Shown here: positions 42,624 through 56,911 of the stretch, piece after piece
Layout of the letters: every line of letters begins with the position of its first letter
Position numbering within the stretch: the first letter of the stretch is position 1
NCBI GenBank assembly: GCA_951406725.2
Contig: OX597831.1
Coordinates: 77,872,001-77,936,000 of the forward strand
Length of the DNA stretch: 64,000 nt
Reading direction: 5' to 3'
Source of the DNA: Octopus vulgaris
Lineage: Eukaryota
Program-made: the position numbers and the translations under genes
The notes under the pieces: generated by a model
The model's input: the letters and a program-made list of their open reading frames with translations, nothing else
Told to the model about the DNA's origin: nothing
Database searches by the model: none

Positions 42624-42919
42624 TGGCCTAGTGGTTAGAGCAGAATACTCGCGGTCGAGCGATCGCGGGTTCGAATCTCAGACCGGGTGATGTGTGTGTT
42701 TATGAGCGAAACACCTAAGCTCCACGCGGCTCCGGCAGAAGGTAATGGCGAACTTCTGCTGACACTTTCGCCACAACTTTCTTTCACACTTTCCTGTTGC
42801 ATCTTGCAGCTCACCTGCGACGGACCGGCGTCCCGTCCAGGTGGGGAACCTATATGCCAAGGAAACCGGGAAACCGGCCCTTATGAGCCAGGCATGGCTC
42901 GATAAGGAACAAACAAAAC
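42624..42919 (+). mobile_element. SINE family A-related (tail type 3)
   Basis: tRNA head TGGCCTAGTGGTTAGAGC...GGTTCGAATCTC; perfect 12-bp TSD AAATGTTGATTG at 42612-42623 and 42920-42931. Confidence 0.9.
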
Positions 42920-43384
42920 AAATGTTGATTGCGTAATGCAGACTATAAATGCGGCAAGGATGTTCACTTCGAGGCTACGTGAATGCTAGTTTCACATATT
43001 CGTTGTAAACTCTTTATATCTGGAGTGCGACGGGGCGGACATTTCCCTACGAAATCACCGCGTAGGAGTTCTTTTTTTTCTCTCACATTATTTTCCATGT
43101 GGTTTTGGGTTAAGAATCCTGATTGAATGAAAATATGGGGAGTAAAACTTAGGAAATGCAAACGGAAGTATAAAATGAAAAGCAATGATGAAAGAATAGC
43201 GTTTAAAAAAAATATGAAAGATATTGGTAGGAATAAAATATAGAACGAAATGATATAAGTGAATGACAAGGATAAATTGAATGTGAAGAGGTACTAAAAT
43301 GAAGGAGTTTTGTGAAAGAACAATTTCAAAAGAAACACTTAGGAAATTAAACAAATTAAATGATTAGGGGTGGGGTAATGAAAG

Positions 43385-43454
<70 letters not shown>

Positions 43455-43472
43455 CAATATATATATATATAT

Positions 43473-43526
<54 letters not shown>

Positions 43527-43664
43527 CATACATATATACATACATATCTATAAGAAGAAGGAGAAGAAGAAGAAGAAGAAGAAGAAGAAGAATGAAAGAG
43601 AAAGAAGGGGGAGTAAATGGTTAATACTTGTAAATTATTGGGTGAAGCAAATAAATGTAATATG

Positions 43665-43717
<53 letters not shown>

Positions 43718-44240
43718 ATAAAATAAGAAGGAAAGAAAGGAAAAGATTTCAGGAGTAAAAATGGGATGAATGAAAAAAGGCAGGACTGAAGGGAAGAAAT
43801 AATGAACGAAATAGAGGAGAGAATAAAAAGTTAGAAATGAAAACGGATGAAAATAGGTGAGAGAGATGAATGATATATAAAGAAAGAAAAGATAACAAAG
43901 GAAAGAAGAGTAAGAAAAATGAAAGAGCAAAACAGAAGGAAAGAAAGAATGAAAAATTGGAAAAGATAGAAAGACTGTACGAGATGAATGAAAATGAAGT
44001 TAAAAGGAGTAAAAGAAAAGAAACGATATTTTTGGAATGAAATGAAAGAAACAGATAGGTGAGAGAGAGAGGGGGGAGGAGAGTGGAGGGGAGGAGAGTG
44101 AAGGAAAGAACGAGGAAAAGAAGAGAGATAGATGAAATGAAGAAAACACCAATTGAAATAACAGACCTAAATACCATAAGCTCCATATTTAAAGTACTGA
44201 TGTCTCATTGATGTTGGGTGTAACATACACACACACAAAC

Positions 44241-44288
<48 letters not shown>

Positions 44289-44585
44289 AATATATGTATT
44301 TATTGTGCGTGTTTTTGTGCAAAGAGCTTCATCTGTTTATTATCAAATTTGTCCCAAGCCACCATGACCATCATCGCGCAATTTATACGTACCTAATGCT
44401 ATTCACAGTAACAGTGGAGATGGTGATGATAATAGTAGTAGTAGTAGTAGTAGTAATGGTAGTAGTAGCAGTTATAGTAGTAATAGTAGTAGTAGCAGTT
44501 GTAGTAGTAGTAGTAGTACTAGTTGTAGCAGCAGTTGTAGTAGTAGTAGTAGCAGTACTAGTTGTAGCAGCAGTTGTAGTACTAA

Positions 44586-44616
<31 letters not shown>

Positions 44617-44636
44617 TGTCGTAGCAGCAGCAGTTG

Positions 44637-44702
<66 letters not shown>

Positions 44703-44730
44703 GAACTGTGGTGGTGTAAAAGATAAAAAC

Positions 44731-45188
44731 CTGAAATGACCGCCATGTCCCATGCTGTTAACTTCTTTACTTTTTCTTGCGGATACTCGATATTCTTTAT
44801 GACTCCAAATAGTCTCTTTGTGCGTGTGGAGTGTCTCTGTCTCGATGGAATTGTTGGAGCACAAAGTGGACGAATCTCAATACCCACGATCATCTTCAAG
44901 CCCCTTGAATCCGTTAGGATGAAGGGCGGAACTTGTTTACAAAACGAAGAACCCCAGTCCGAATGTTTTGCAACAATGGGCTCCGTGCAAGTCAAACCGG
45001 ATGATGGATTTGATGCACAGGCAAGGGAAACTTACGGCCCACTGCTGAATGGGTTTGGACATATTTTCTACTGCCAGATGTCAATGCCAAAGCCCTTTAG
45101 TCGATTCGAAGTCCATGGTACCGTGCAGAAAGATCGAACTTGATTCTGCGATTTAGTTTTACCTGATTGCTATTCTGAGATTTTAAAT
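44731..45188. other. Unique exon-like island between microsatellites
   Basis: About 460 bp of complex sequence. Minus strand has a long pyrimidine tract plus TAG acceptor at 45189 and donors at 45035 (GTAAGT) and 44730. The plus strand has a 135-aa ORF with no recognisable family. Confidence 0.3.
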
Positions 45189-45612
45189 CTATGTAAAGTG
45201 AGTGAGAAATGAAGGAAAAAGTTAAAAGAAAATCTTGAGGCGGAAACAAATCAGGTGTAAGAAAATAAATGAAAGGGTGAGGAATGTGTGTGTGTGTGTG
45301 TATGTGTGTGTATATGTGTGTGTATGTGCGTGTGTGCATGTGTGTATATGTGTGTGTATGTGAGTGTGTGTATGTGTGTGTATATGTGTGTGTATGTGCG
45401 TGTGTATGTGTGTGTATGTGTGAGTATGTGCGTGTGTGTGTATGTGTATGTGTGTGTGTGTGCATATGTGTGTGTGTGTGTGTACGTGTGTGTATGTGTG
45501 TGTGTGTTATTAACCCTGTATCACTTTTGCGGTCAGCTCTACGAGCAAATATGATGATGCTATGCACTTGCATAACTAATCCTTAGCCTCAAACTGAGAT
45601 CGTTCCGTCTGT

Positions 45613-45643
<31 letters not shown>

Positions 45644-45648
45644 TTTGA

Positions 45649-45812
45649 TGGCGCAGGAGTGGCTGTGTGGTAAGTAGCTTGCTTACCAATCACATCGTTC
45701 CGGATTCATTCCCACTGCGTAGCACCTTGAGCAGGTGTCTTCTACTACAGCCTCGGGCCGACCAAAGCCTTGTGAGTGGATTTGGTAGACGCAAACTGAA
45801 AGAAGCCAGTCG

Positions 45813-45859
<47 letters not shown>

Positions 45860-46066
45860 TTGTGTGTCCGTGTTTGTCCCCCCAACATCGCTTGACAACC
45901 AATGGTGGTGTGTTTACGTCCCTGTAACATTAGCGGTTCGGCAAAAGAAACCGTTAGAATAAGTACTAGGCTTACAAAGAATAAGTCCTGGGGTCGATTT
46001 GCTCGACTAAAGGCGGTACTCCAGCATGGCCGCAGTCAAATGACTGAAACAAGTAAAAGAGTAAGA
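45649..46066 (+). mobile_element. SINE family C, full length
   Basis: tRNA head, gcaccttgagcaggtgtctt CORE-like motif, internal (TA)n(TG)n, tail ...gactgaaacaagtaaaagagtaagag. Confidence 0.92.
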
Positions 46067-46261
46067 GTTATTTGTGTATGTGTGTGGAATAATAAATCCA
46101 AGTCTAAGATATCAAAAAATCTTTAACTTTTCCAACTCGAATTTCTTCGGACTTTCAAACGTCCATCTTTGTGATATTTAGGCTGTTTTCGTGGACACAT
46201 CTCATATCCAGGGGCAACTCCCGGCCAGGTCAACTTTACATTCCCTCCTCTCTGATGTCGG

Positions 46262-46262
46262 G

Positions 46263-46318
<56 letters not shown>

Positions 46319-46551
46319 TCATTCATTCATTCATTCTTTCTTTCTTTCTTTCATTCTTTCTTTCTTTCTTTCATTCTTTCTTTCTTTCTTTCTTTCCTCC
46401 TTTCTTTCCTCCTTTCTTTCTTTCTTTCTTTCTTTCATTCTTTCTTTCCTCCTTTCTTTCTTTCTTTCATTCTTTCTTTCCTCCTTTCTTTCCTTCTTTC
46501 ATTCTTTCTTTCCTCCTTTCCTTCTTTCCTTCTTTCATTCTTTCTTTCCTC

Positions 46552-46602
<51 letters not shown>

Positions 46603-46645
46603 TACTCCTTTCTTTCTTTCTTTCTTTCTTTCTTGCTCTCTTTCC
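46262..46645 (+). repeat. (TTTC)n polypyrimidine tract
   Basis: Directly visible. Confidence 0.95.
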
Positions 46646-47087
46646 TCAATAACTGTCCAACGTCCACTAAATGGTGAGTACTAAAAACAATAGAAAAAAG
46701 ATAAAGACCATTCCAAAGAAAGCAACTTGAGATCACATTTCTAGTCTCTTACGAAAATTCTTGGACAGGTGCATAGTATTCGCCGACCTGGTTAGAGCAA
46801 AGAAGAAATGAGTAAGATTTCAGGTAGATTGGTTGTTATTTTTGGCAGGTCGAGTGACCACATAGATGATTTTTAGGATTTTATTTTTACTCGTATCACT
46901 GGCATCCTTGGCAACGCCTTGAATTTAACAGCTTTTGGTCCAAAATTTCTTACTGTACATCTCCGCAAATAATGATAATAATAATAATAATAACAGCAAC
47001 AACAACAACAACAACGAAAACAAAAACAACAACAACAACGACGACGACGACAACAACAACAACAACGACAATAATGATAACAATAAT

Positions 47088-47240
47088 TCTTTCTGCTATA
47101 GGCACAAGGCCTGAAATTTTGGGAGGAAGGGTTAAGTTGATTACATCGACCCCAGTATTCCCCTTGAACTCAGAGCGTGCAGCGGACGAAACGATGCTAA
47201 ACATTTTGTCCGGCGTGCTAGCGACTTTGCCAGCTCGCCA
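47088..47240 (-). mobile_element. SINE family B, internally deleted, beside a long (AAT)n
   Basis: Head (ggcgagctggcaaagtcgctagcacgccggac) joined to tail type 2. Confidence 0.7.
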
Positions 47241-47314
47241 CATTAAGAATGATAATAATAATAATACTGATACTAATACTAATAATAATAATGATAATAA
47301 TAATAATAATAATG

Positions 47315-47472
<158 letters not shown>

Positions 47473-48397
47473 CTCAGGCTTCACGGCTATGACGGGAAAA
47501 AACAACTATTATTATGACACTTTTTTAAAGGGTCGAGAGGCTCTATTCGACAGCCGGATATGTGGAAGCGGCATGGAGAGGTCATCTGTTTGTGCGAGTG
47601 TATGTGCGTGAGAACTTATTGATTTCTCTGGCAGATAAGAGAAGCTGGTGCTGGAGCAGGGAACACAAGAGATAAGGGCTGTGAGAATTGAGAACTAGTA
47701 TGATTATATTATGACGTATGGTAGGTGGGATGGGGCCTGGAGTAAAATTAGCTGAACCAGCGACGAAGAACGCATCTAGGGTGGCGTATTGAGGTGGATC
47801 GCTGGAAGTGTTGAATTTAATAAAATGGTTTATTATTCCATGCATATAGAGTCACGTGGTTTGAGGTTCAGTCCCTCTGCGTGGCACCTTGGGTAAGTGT
47901 CTTCTACTAGATCTGCGGAGCAACTGTCTTCTGAGTGAATTTGGTACGCGGAAACTGTGGAAGCCCGTCATATATATATTTATTCTTTTATTTGATACAG
48001 TCATTTGACTGCGGCCATGCTGTAGCACCGCCTTTAGTCGAACAAATCGAGCCCAGGATTTATTCTTTGTCAGCCAAGTACTTATTTTATCGGTTCTTTT
48101 TGCAGAACCGCTAAATTACAGGGACGTAATCACACCAACATCGGTTGTCATGTGATGGTAGGGGACAAATACTGACACACAAACACATACATACATATAT
48201 ATCTATATGGTCATTATTAGCGAAACTCGATTATAGGGTTAACAAATTTTTTAATCACTCGGGTGCCTATTAGCGGTGTGCCTTAAGAATTCCTTTTTGC
48301 GTAGTAGAGGTTTAACTGCCCTTTTTTGCATGTAAGATGTCCTCCCTCCATGCATAAATCTTTATACACTCTGATGTGTATGTGTATACACACACAC

Positions 48398-48437
<40 letters not shown>

Positions 48438-48516
48438 GATAAACTCTCCTGTCTTTAAAAAACATTATTCCTCTACCTTACTACTTCCGTCTTTCAGTAT
48501 GTAACCTCGTGAGTAC

Positions 48517-48720
48517 CACTGGCGATTTTTTTCCCTCTGTCTTCCCTTCTCGGGATCTTTCCTTCTCCTATGTTTCCGACGAAGAGCTCCGCTCGAAACG
48601 TTAAACCCTCCTTCTTCCCTTCTTTCCTGAGCGTCCAATAATACTTTATTTGTTCCACGTCCTTGCGTTGTTGTGTTTTTTTTTTGTTTTCTTGTTTGGA
48701 TTAAATTTATATATATATAT
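48517..48720 (+). mobile_element. Short Penelope-like terminal-repeat element with hammerhead-like motif
   Basis: GTTT-CCGACGA-A-GAGC-TCC-GCTC-GAAAC-GTT-AAAC at 48572-48606; second copy at 13572-13790; ends in (TA)n. Confidence 0.68.
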
Positions 48721-49600
48721 ACTTGTCTGTGTTTGTTACGCATGTTCTACCTCAATGATTCACAACCGGTGTTTCGTTGTTTTATGTACCTGTATGTTAG
48801 AAGTTGAGAAAAAGTGAGCGAGAGAATAAATGTTGAGCTTAAAAGTAAAGTACTGGAGGGGTTGTGAACAAACTACTCTTTCAAGATGTACTCCAGCATG
48901 GCCGTAGTCCAGCGACTAAAACAAGGAAAAGAACGAAAGATAACCTTAGTTTAACATGTTAGGAATTGACACCATTTGTTTGGTAGCATTTTAAAATTCG
49001 CTGATTGTCCATCGATCGATATCTTCGATTAAGCATATGTAGCAACGGATTGGTTTTAGACTTGAGTTTTGCGTGTGGAGTTTATTTTGCTGTTCCTTTT
49101 CATTACCTGGAACTGGTTTATTAAAAATATATCACCTTTCAGTATCACTTCCTCCTCATTGGATACCAGTAATAACTTCGGTACAATTACAGATATTGGA
49201 TCCCGTTCTTCGGGTACTCTCATAAGTGGTCTTTTGCATTTTCAAGTTCGGTGAAAACAGCAATCGTTACACAAGACATAAACGCAACATCAGACAGTGT
49301 TTGTGACGAGAATTTCCTGGCGAAGATTCCTAACTAAACAGCCATCCGAGATGCTTCAGTTGTCTCTGGATATCTCGAATAGTAAGCTTCATGCTGGCTT
49401 TCCCGTGTTTCATTTGTCTCTGATATCTTAGGTAGTGAACTTCTTGTCTGATCGGATCCTTATGGCGCCATTCTGTTACCTCACCGATTATGTCCCTCTC
49501 CAGCTTGCTCTCACCTCAAACACATCTCATTTCTATGGTAATAACACCGTCCTTCATCTTATCCTTAACCTCCCGTTCACGTATTAGTCATAACACATCA

Positions 49601-49991
49601 GGAGGCGCAATGGCCCAGTGGTTAGGGCAGCGGACTCGCGGTCGTAAGATAGCGGTTTCGATTCCCAGACCGGGCGTTGTGAGTGTTTATTGAGCGAAAA
49701 CACCTATAGCTCCATGAGGCTCCGGCAGGGATGGTGGTGATCCCTGCTGTACTCTTTCACCACAACTTTCTCTCACTCTTACTTCCTGTTTCTGTTGTAC
49801 CTGTATTTCAAAGGGCCGGCCTTGTCACTCTCTGTGTCACGCTGAATATCCCCGAGAACTACGTTAAGGGTACACGTGTCTGTGGAATGCTCAGCCACTT
49901 ACACGTTAATTTCACGAGCAGGCTGTTCCGTTGATCGGATCAACCGGAACCCTCGTCGTCGTAACCGACGGAGTGCTTCCATCCATCCATC
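49601..49991 (+). mobile_element. SINE family A, full length (tail type 2)
   Basis: tRNA-like head with A/B boxes, (ATCC)n tail, TSD CATAACA(C/T)ATCA at 49589-49600 and 49992-50003. Confidence 0.92.
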
Positions 49992-50262
49992 CATAACATA
50001 TCAAGCTTGTCCTGATACTACGAACAGACATTTATAACACATTCCAGTGGATACGCGGGATGCTTATCAACCTCAAGAGTAAAGAATTATAATCTCTATA
50101 GTTTATCTTTCCTAGTCTTCAACCACTTGCAATTATAACTTTTAAAGCTTCTGTTAACTCTAATCGAACAACTAATATTTTTTGGTGAACTCACATTCAT
50201 AACACATCGTGTCACATTCATTAGACGTTCTGGACCAAAATACACCGACGCTCTGAACAAAA

Positions 50263-50501
50263 CTCTTTTACTCTTTTACTTGTTTCAGTCATTTGACTGC
50301 GGCCATGCTGGAGCACCGCCTTTAGTCGAGCAAATCGACCTCGGGACTTATTCTTTGTAAGCCTAGTACTTATTCTATCGGTCTCTTTTGCCGAACCGCT
50401 AAGTGACGGGGATGTAAACACACCAGCATCGGTTGTCAAGCAATGCTAGGGGGACAAGCACAGGCACACAAACACACACACACACACACACACACATACA
50501 T

Positions 50502-50540
<39 letters not shown>

Positions 50541-50705
50541 TACGACAGGCTTCTTTCAGTTTCTGTCTACCAAATCCACTCACAAGGCATTGGTCGGCCC
50601 GGGGCTATAGCAGAAGACACTTGCCCAAGATGCCACGCAGTGGGACTGAACCCGGAACCATGTGGTTGGTTAGCAAGCTACTTACCACACAGCCACTCCT
50701 GCGCC
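50263..50705 (-). mobile_element. SINE family C, full length
   Basis: Reverse complement collinear with 45649-46066. Confidence 0.92.
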
Positions 50706-50890
50706 TAAAAAGCAAATCTAATGTAAAATTCTCAAAGGAATACGGTTTTCACAGCTGGGACGGTACTGATAATCTCGTTGATATCGCTGCAAACTCGGAC
50801 ATCATCGAGTGCACTTCAACGAAGGTCATCTGCTTGATTAACAAGTTCTCATTCATCAACGCAACCCAGTCTTTATCTTACAGAGGTACC

Positions 50891-51123
50891 TATTTCTTTA
50901 TTACCCACAAGGGGGCTAAACACAGAGGGGACAAACAAGGACAGACATAGATATTAAGTCGATTACATCGACCCCAGTGCGTAACTGGTACTTAATCTAT
51001 CGACCCCGAAAGGATGAAAGGCAAAGTCGACCTCGGCGGAATTTGAACTCACAACATAATTGCAGACGAAATACCGCTAATCATTTCGCCCGGCGCGCTA
51101 ACGTTTCTGCCAGCTCGCCGCCT
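50891..51123 (-). mobile_element. SINE family B monomer (tail type 1)
   Basis: Complete head GGCGGCGAGCTGGCAGAAACGTTAG plus one unit, ending AAGAAATAG-GTACC. Confidence 0.88.
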
Positions 51124-51608
51124 CTAAAGACCATCTGTCAGAAGTAGGTTCTTAGAGGTACCATCTCCTCAAACTGCTTGCTGTGCCGCTAGTACAGCGG
51201 CCTTTGTTTTTTCGGAGCTAATTCCTTGTTTCCTTATATTAATGTCAACGATTTTCCTACGCGACACGCCGGTCCGATCACCAGTCCTTTTTCTCGCCCA
51301 TATTGTTTCGTGCAACAAATAACGAACAGAATACTAAATACTTTTTCCTGTCCCCAGTGCTTCGCGTTTATGTCACAAACACATACACACATATACCACA
51401 AACGCATACATGCATGCGCATAAACACACATATACTCATATTCTTATAAGAACGCTAGTAAACACACACAAAATCACAAATCCCTGCGCTCTCTTTCCCC
51501 TTTCTATCTCACTAATTATACATACATACATACATTCATTCATACATACATATATGCATGTGTATAGATGCAATATACACACGTACGTGCGTGTATATAT
51601 ATATATGC

Positions 51609-51656
<48 letters not shown>

Positions 51657-51832
51657 GTACATACGTACACACACACACACACACATAAACGTAGACACGC
51701 ACACAACAGGTGTGTCACGACAATAGATTTGTTTTATTGAAACATTCATAACGCCATTTAATTGCTTCTCTTCCATAACTTAATCATTTCCGTTCACCAT
51801 GTGCTTACTCACTTCCTCCTCAAACCAGCAAG

Positions 51833-51906
<74 letters not shown>

Positions 51907-51930
51907 ATTACTACTACTACTTCAACTTCA

Positions 51931-52020
<90 letters not shown>

Positions 52021-52021
52021 G

Positions 52022-52061
<40 letters not shown>

Positions 52062-52767
52062 GTGTTAGCCTTTATCGTAATTCGTCTGACATTGAGATCA
52101 TCTAGAATCAGACTTCAGCCATTTTTACTCTGGCTTTCACAACATCGAAGTCTTATTTAGGTTTATTTTACGCTCTTTCTCATTTATTTATTCATATATT
52201 TATTCATTCATTCATTCGTTTTAGTATTGTTATGATGGTGGTTGGTGGAAAATATTGTTATCGAAGTTTTGATATTGATTTTTGTTCGAACGCCTCTATG
52301 ATTTCTTAAGAGCTCTGAGCAACAACTAAATTGTATCCATCGCACATATCTGTCTGTTCCTCTATTCTTTCCATCCAAAACCTCGATTAAACCATCCTTA
52401 GATGGTGAGGAAGGGATAAAGAATTTTCTTTAACAATCGATTAGTTTCTGCGTTCGATTCTACTCTATGACAACTAGGGTCATTGCCTTCAATCTTTTTT
52501 TATTTTTTTGAATTTCGGATCGAGCTAATTCTTATTAATGAAATTAATAAATGGATATTGTGTGGCGAATGATCGTCGAATAAATTGGCCTTGTTAGTTA
52601 GGATCCAGTTTTGTCATCTATTATTGTTTCATACTGATGTTGTCAAAGAATTAACGTTAAGGATATATATGTCCGTGGGGTACTCAGCCATGTATACGTT
52701 AATTTAATGAAAAGATAGTTCGGTTAACTTTCTTTTAGTTTTTATTTGATAGAGATAAAAAGGGAAT

Positions 52768-53070
52768 TTATGGTTGCGAAGTATGGATTCTGAACAAATT
52801 TGAAGGGAATATAATTAATGCGTTTGAATTGTGGGTGTAGAGGAGAATGATACGAGTCTCCTACAGTAATCATTGAACAAATGAATCGGTGTTAGAACTA
52901 ATAGGTGAAAGATGGCTACAACTGAGCATTGTGAGAAAGCAAAAGCTTATCCATTACGGCCATATTGGAAGAGGAAGAGATTTGGAAACCATTATCATAG
53001 AAGGGAGAATAGAGCGTAGTCGTTCAAGAGGCGGGGTAAAGAACGCAATGTATGGACAAGATCACGAGTT
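52768..53070 (+). mobile_element. Old RTE-clade LINE 3' fragment
   Basis: YGCEVW...INAFELWV*RRMIRVSY...TNESVL...YGHI...IIEGRIERSRSRG, with stop codons. Confidence 0.8.
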
Positions 53071-54226
53071 GGTTGAACAAGAGTGGCAAGGGAGCTGGAA
53101 ATCTTTCGCTTAGTCGAGATGACTTTCGTTGTAGTTTCATTAATGCGCTACAGGCGGCGTCCGACACATGTTGAAAAAAGACGATGTCGACGACCAACTA
53201 GTTCGTTTGTTCGGAGAAGAAAAAGTTCCTTGTTGGAACCGACTGAGGATCCATCACCATCATTACCAACATCAACATCCTCAATATTATCAACGTCATC
53301 TTCGTCATAATTCTCTTCGTCTCCGCATCATCGTCGTCATCATCATCATCATCATCATCATCATCACGGCCTGTTTGCTCTTCTCAAGTAGAGAACTAAC
53401 CACCTCTTTACGCTCACCTTATTCTCGCTGTCTTACCGCAGCCCCACATCCTGCACTAACCACTTTGCCCTTCTCTTATATAATAAATAAGGGTCTTCTG
53501 CAAGGTTTACATCTGGCAGATTTTCATTCCCCAAAGTATTGGCCAAATAAAAGCGTTTAAAATGAAGACGTTTAGCAGGATGTTTCGAAGTCGGAAGCAT
53601 CTGGCCGTGAAGCGGAATTCTTCTCACCCACGCGGACATATTCGCTGGCTGAGCATTACGTAAATATTTTCGCGTACTTACTGTAAATGACAAGTTATCC
53701 GACTGATCATACGCAGATGTTTATATCGATTAAACAAATCGAATTAAAGCGATTGGACCGAATGCTGTGTGTGTGTGTATGTCTGTGTGGGAGTGTGTGC
53801 GTGCGTGTGCATGTGTATGCGTGTGTGTGTGTATGTGTGTTTGAGAGAGAGAGAAAGAGAAAGAGTGAGTGTAAGCGAGAAAGAGGGAGAAAGAGGGAAA
53901 GAGAGAGGGAGTGGAATACAATTAGGAAGATCGGAAGGATAATTTGATTGTCATCTCATTACGCTAATTACGGGAGTTTTAAACCCCTGAATTAATTTGT
54001 GTATGACTAAAATATATTTCATAGCAAAGGAAATGACATCAGCGCTCGTTCTCTCCCTCTTTCGTTCGTGTTTTCCTTCTTTATTTCTTTCGTCCTTTCA
54101 TTCACTTCTTCTTTCTTCCTTTCTTTCTTTCTCTCGTTTTTACTTTCTGTCTTCTTTTCTTTCTTTCTGTCTTTCTATATTTATCCACGTATCTATCTGC
54201 ATAACTACCAAACTATCTCTCTCGCG

Positions 54227-54312
<86 letters not shown>

Positions 54313-54369
54313 GTCTATCTATCCATCTCCTTCTTTCACTCTTCGTCTCTCTCTTTCTCTCTCTCTTTC

Positions 54370-54434
<65 letters not shown>

Positions 54435-54435
54435 A

Positions 54436-56749
54436 GGCAGGGCGCTGTGAAGGTGCCATCATGGCGGCGGATGTGCAGGACGCGATGGCAGAATGCTCGA
54501 GGGACAAATCGCCGGGTTTGGATGGTCTACCCTACGAGCTTTACAGTTGTACTTGTTTGGAGACATCTTGGCAAGAGGAATGTAATAGATAACTTTAGGC
54601 CCATCACTCTGCTTAATGCAGACTTGAAAATTTTGTCATCGAGAAACTGGTCGACAAGGCGCAAACGTGCGCCGTGCCGGGCCGGAGCATCCATGCCATC
54701 CTCCACCTGATGCGCTACATCATAGACAGGGTAGTTAACGAACCTGGCATGGGTGGGGCGCTGATCAATTTGGATCAATTGAAAGCTTTCGATAGGGTAG
54801 ACCATCGATACTTGGAGGCTGTCCTCAGAGCGGCTGGTTTCGGTCCCGTCTTCCGCGGCTGGATAGCCGCTTTATACAGAGGCATCCGTTCGGTAATTCG
54901 CGTAAATGGACATATATCGAGACCTTTCGACATTACACGTTTGGTCCGTCAGGGATGCCCCCTCTCGTCGCTTCTATACGTATTGACTCTCGAGCCATTA
55001 TTGCGGAAGCTGGCAAATCTGAGGGGTATCCCTCGAGAACTGGGATGCGGGACGAGCGTGTCTGCATACGCGGACGACGTCACGTCATAGTGTCTAGCCA
55101 CAAGCACATCGAGCAGGTCGGCGAGATATTGAAAAACTACGAAGCGGTGACAGGAGCGAAAATCAGTGGGCTTGCGACCTGGAGAAGCAAGCCCATGCCG
55201 TCCACCAGCGCCTCCGTCGTGGGACGCTGGCCCGACGGTCCGGTCGAGTTGTTCAGGGTCTGGTTTAGTCCGAACCTCCAAATGGAGAAGAACTGGATCA
55301 AGATAACGAGTAGGGTGGTCACTCTTGCCCAGCAATGGGCCGAGAGGAAACAGTCCCTAAAAGGTCGGGCGGAGTTGGCGAACTCGTACATCGCGTCCGT
55401 TATCTACTACCGCCTGACCGTCGTACGTTGTCCCGACCCTACCATCACCAAACTAGAACGCATTCTCTTCCGCTTCTTGTGGAAAGGATGCGTCCTGATG
55501 GTCAGGCGATCCATTTGCTGTCAACACCAGTTAAATGGAGGGCTGGGCATGCCGTGGTTGATGATGTGCAGACACGCGCTGAGACTGCGACATCTCCGGC
55601 TCTATGTAGACGACGGTGAACAGGTGTGGTCGCCGTTTGGGAGGCACGATTTCCCGCAGCTCGTCTCCATGACCGAACTGCAGTCGTGGATCAAAAAGAG
55701 GGCGAGGAAGAGCGAATGGCACCGCGAGTGTCGCGTTGCTCTCAATCAACTCTGCCGCCCCGGGTCGACCTTGAGTGACTCCAACACAACCAAAGCATTC
55801 TATAGGGGATTAGTGGAGGGGAAGCACGACGACGAGCTCGGGGCGAACCTGGACGTCGACGAGGAATACCTGACCCGCCTGTTTGAAACGACTTTCGGGC
55901 CGGGACCCATGGACAACTTCCAGAGATCCCTGGCCTGGCAGTGCTACCGAGAAGCGCTACCTATTCAGGATAAGCTCTACAGACACGGCTCGAGAAACAC
56001 GGGGCCGACCTGCACGAGATGCGGGAAGAGCGACGAAACCATTCTGCACGCAATCGTGCAGTGTCCAACAATTTCCGACCTGTGGGCTTATGTCGAACAA
56101 CTGCTGTGGCTATGGCGAAAGAATGTATCTGGTGGACGCGTCTGAAAGGATTGAAGACAAATACTTTCCTCTCTGGTCAATCTCTCATCAACTTCTTCAT
56201 CAACTCTCTCTGGTCAATCTCTCATCAACTTCTTCAAGTATCACTTGAAAAGGAAAGTGAGAGTAGAGAGGCAAGTTTTGTCTAGCGAATGTGTTAAAAA
56301 AAGATGGGTGAATGTAGCAAGGATGGCACGTATGAATGACGAAGCCACCTTGAGCATAATCCTATGAACCCAGAAATTGAAAACAGAGGGTTACCCACTT
56401 GCAAACAAATGTGGTAACATGTAACGATATTGACTGAGGTTACCTTAGTCTTTTCCGTAGGCTTTTCTTCCCACGGATAAACCTTATCTGCTTCCCCCTT
56501 ACACCTTACATCATGACACTGTGATACACGATCCCTATTGATAGTTCTTTTCCCCTTTTCCCTTTTTTTTCTTCTTTTTTCTTTTTTCTTTTCTTTTATT
56601 TCTGTTCCTTTTTTTCTTTTTTTTCTTCTTTCCCTTTTTCGATCCCTTTTGATCGAAAACCTACCCCACTTCTTTTTTCCCCAAAAAAGAAAAGCTCTAC
56701 TTCGTAATCTGTCCCGTCTGTGTGCAGCCCTGTGTGGCTAATAAAAAAA
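54436..56749 (+). mobile_element. Tx1/L1-clade non-LTR retrotransposon, 5'-truncated and frameshifted
   Basis: RT motifs NFRPITLLNADLKIL, LDQLKAFDRVDH, VRQGCPLS, AYADD; C-terminal CTRC...ETILHAIVQC zinc knuckle; AATAAA/A-tail at 56740-56749; (ATCT)n on both sides. Confidence 0.93.
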
Positions 56750-56753
56750 CATA

Positions 56754-56810
<57 letters not shown>

Positions 56811-56815
56811 GTCTA

Positions 56816-56911
<96 letters not shown>

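Noticed and set aside
44736-45143. 135-aa plus-strand ORF as a CDS
   Set aside because: No recognisable domain, and the splice signals favour the opposite strand; kept only as an exon-like island.
49601-49675. tRNA gene
   Set aside because: No proper acceptor stem or terminator; it continues into a repeated body with a TSD, so it is a SINE head. The same applies to the other tRNA-like heads.
49240-50885. Host exons in the unique-looking sequence between SINEs
   Set aside because: Frames contain many stops, and faint ADD and RTE-like motifs suggest an ancient LINE too decayed to call.
54674-56145. Functional reverse transcriptase gene
   Set aside because: 5'-truncated, frameshifted just after YADD and internally deleted; a dead LINE copy.
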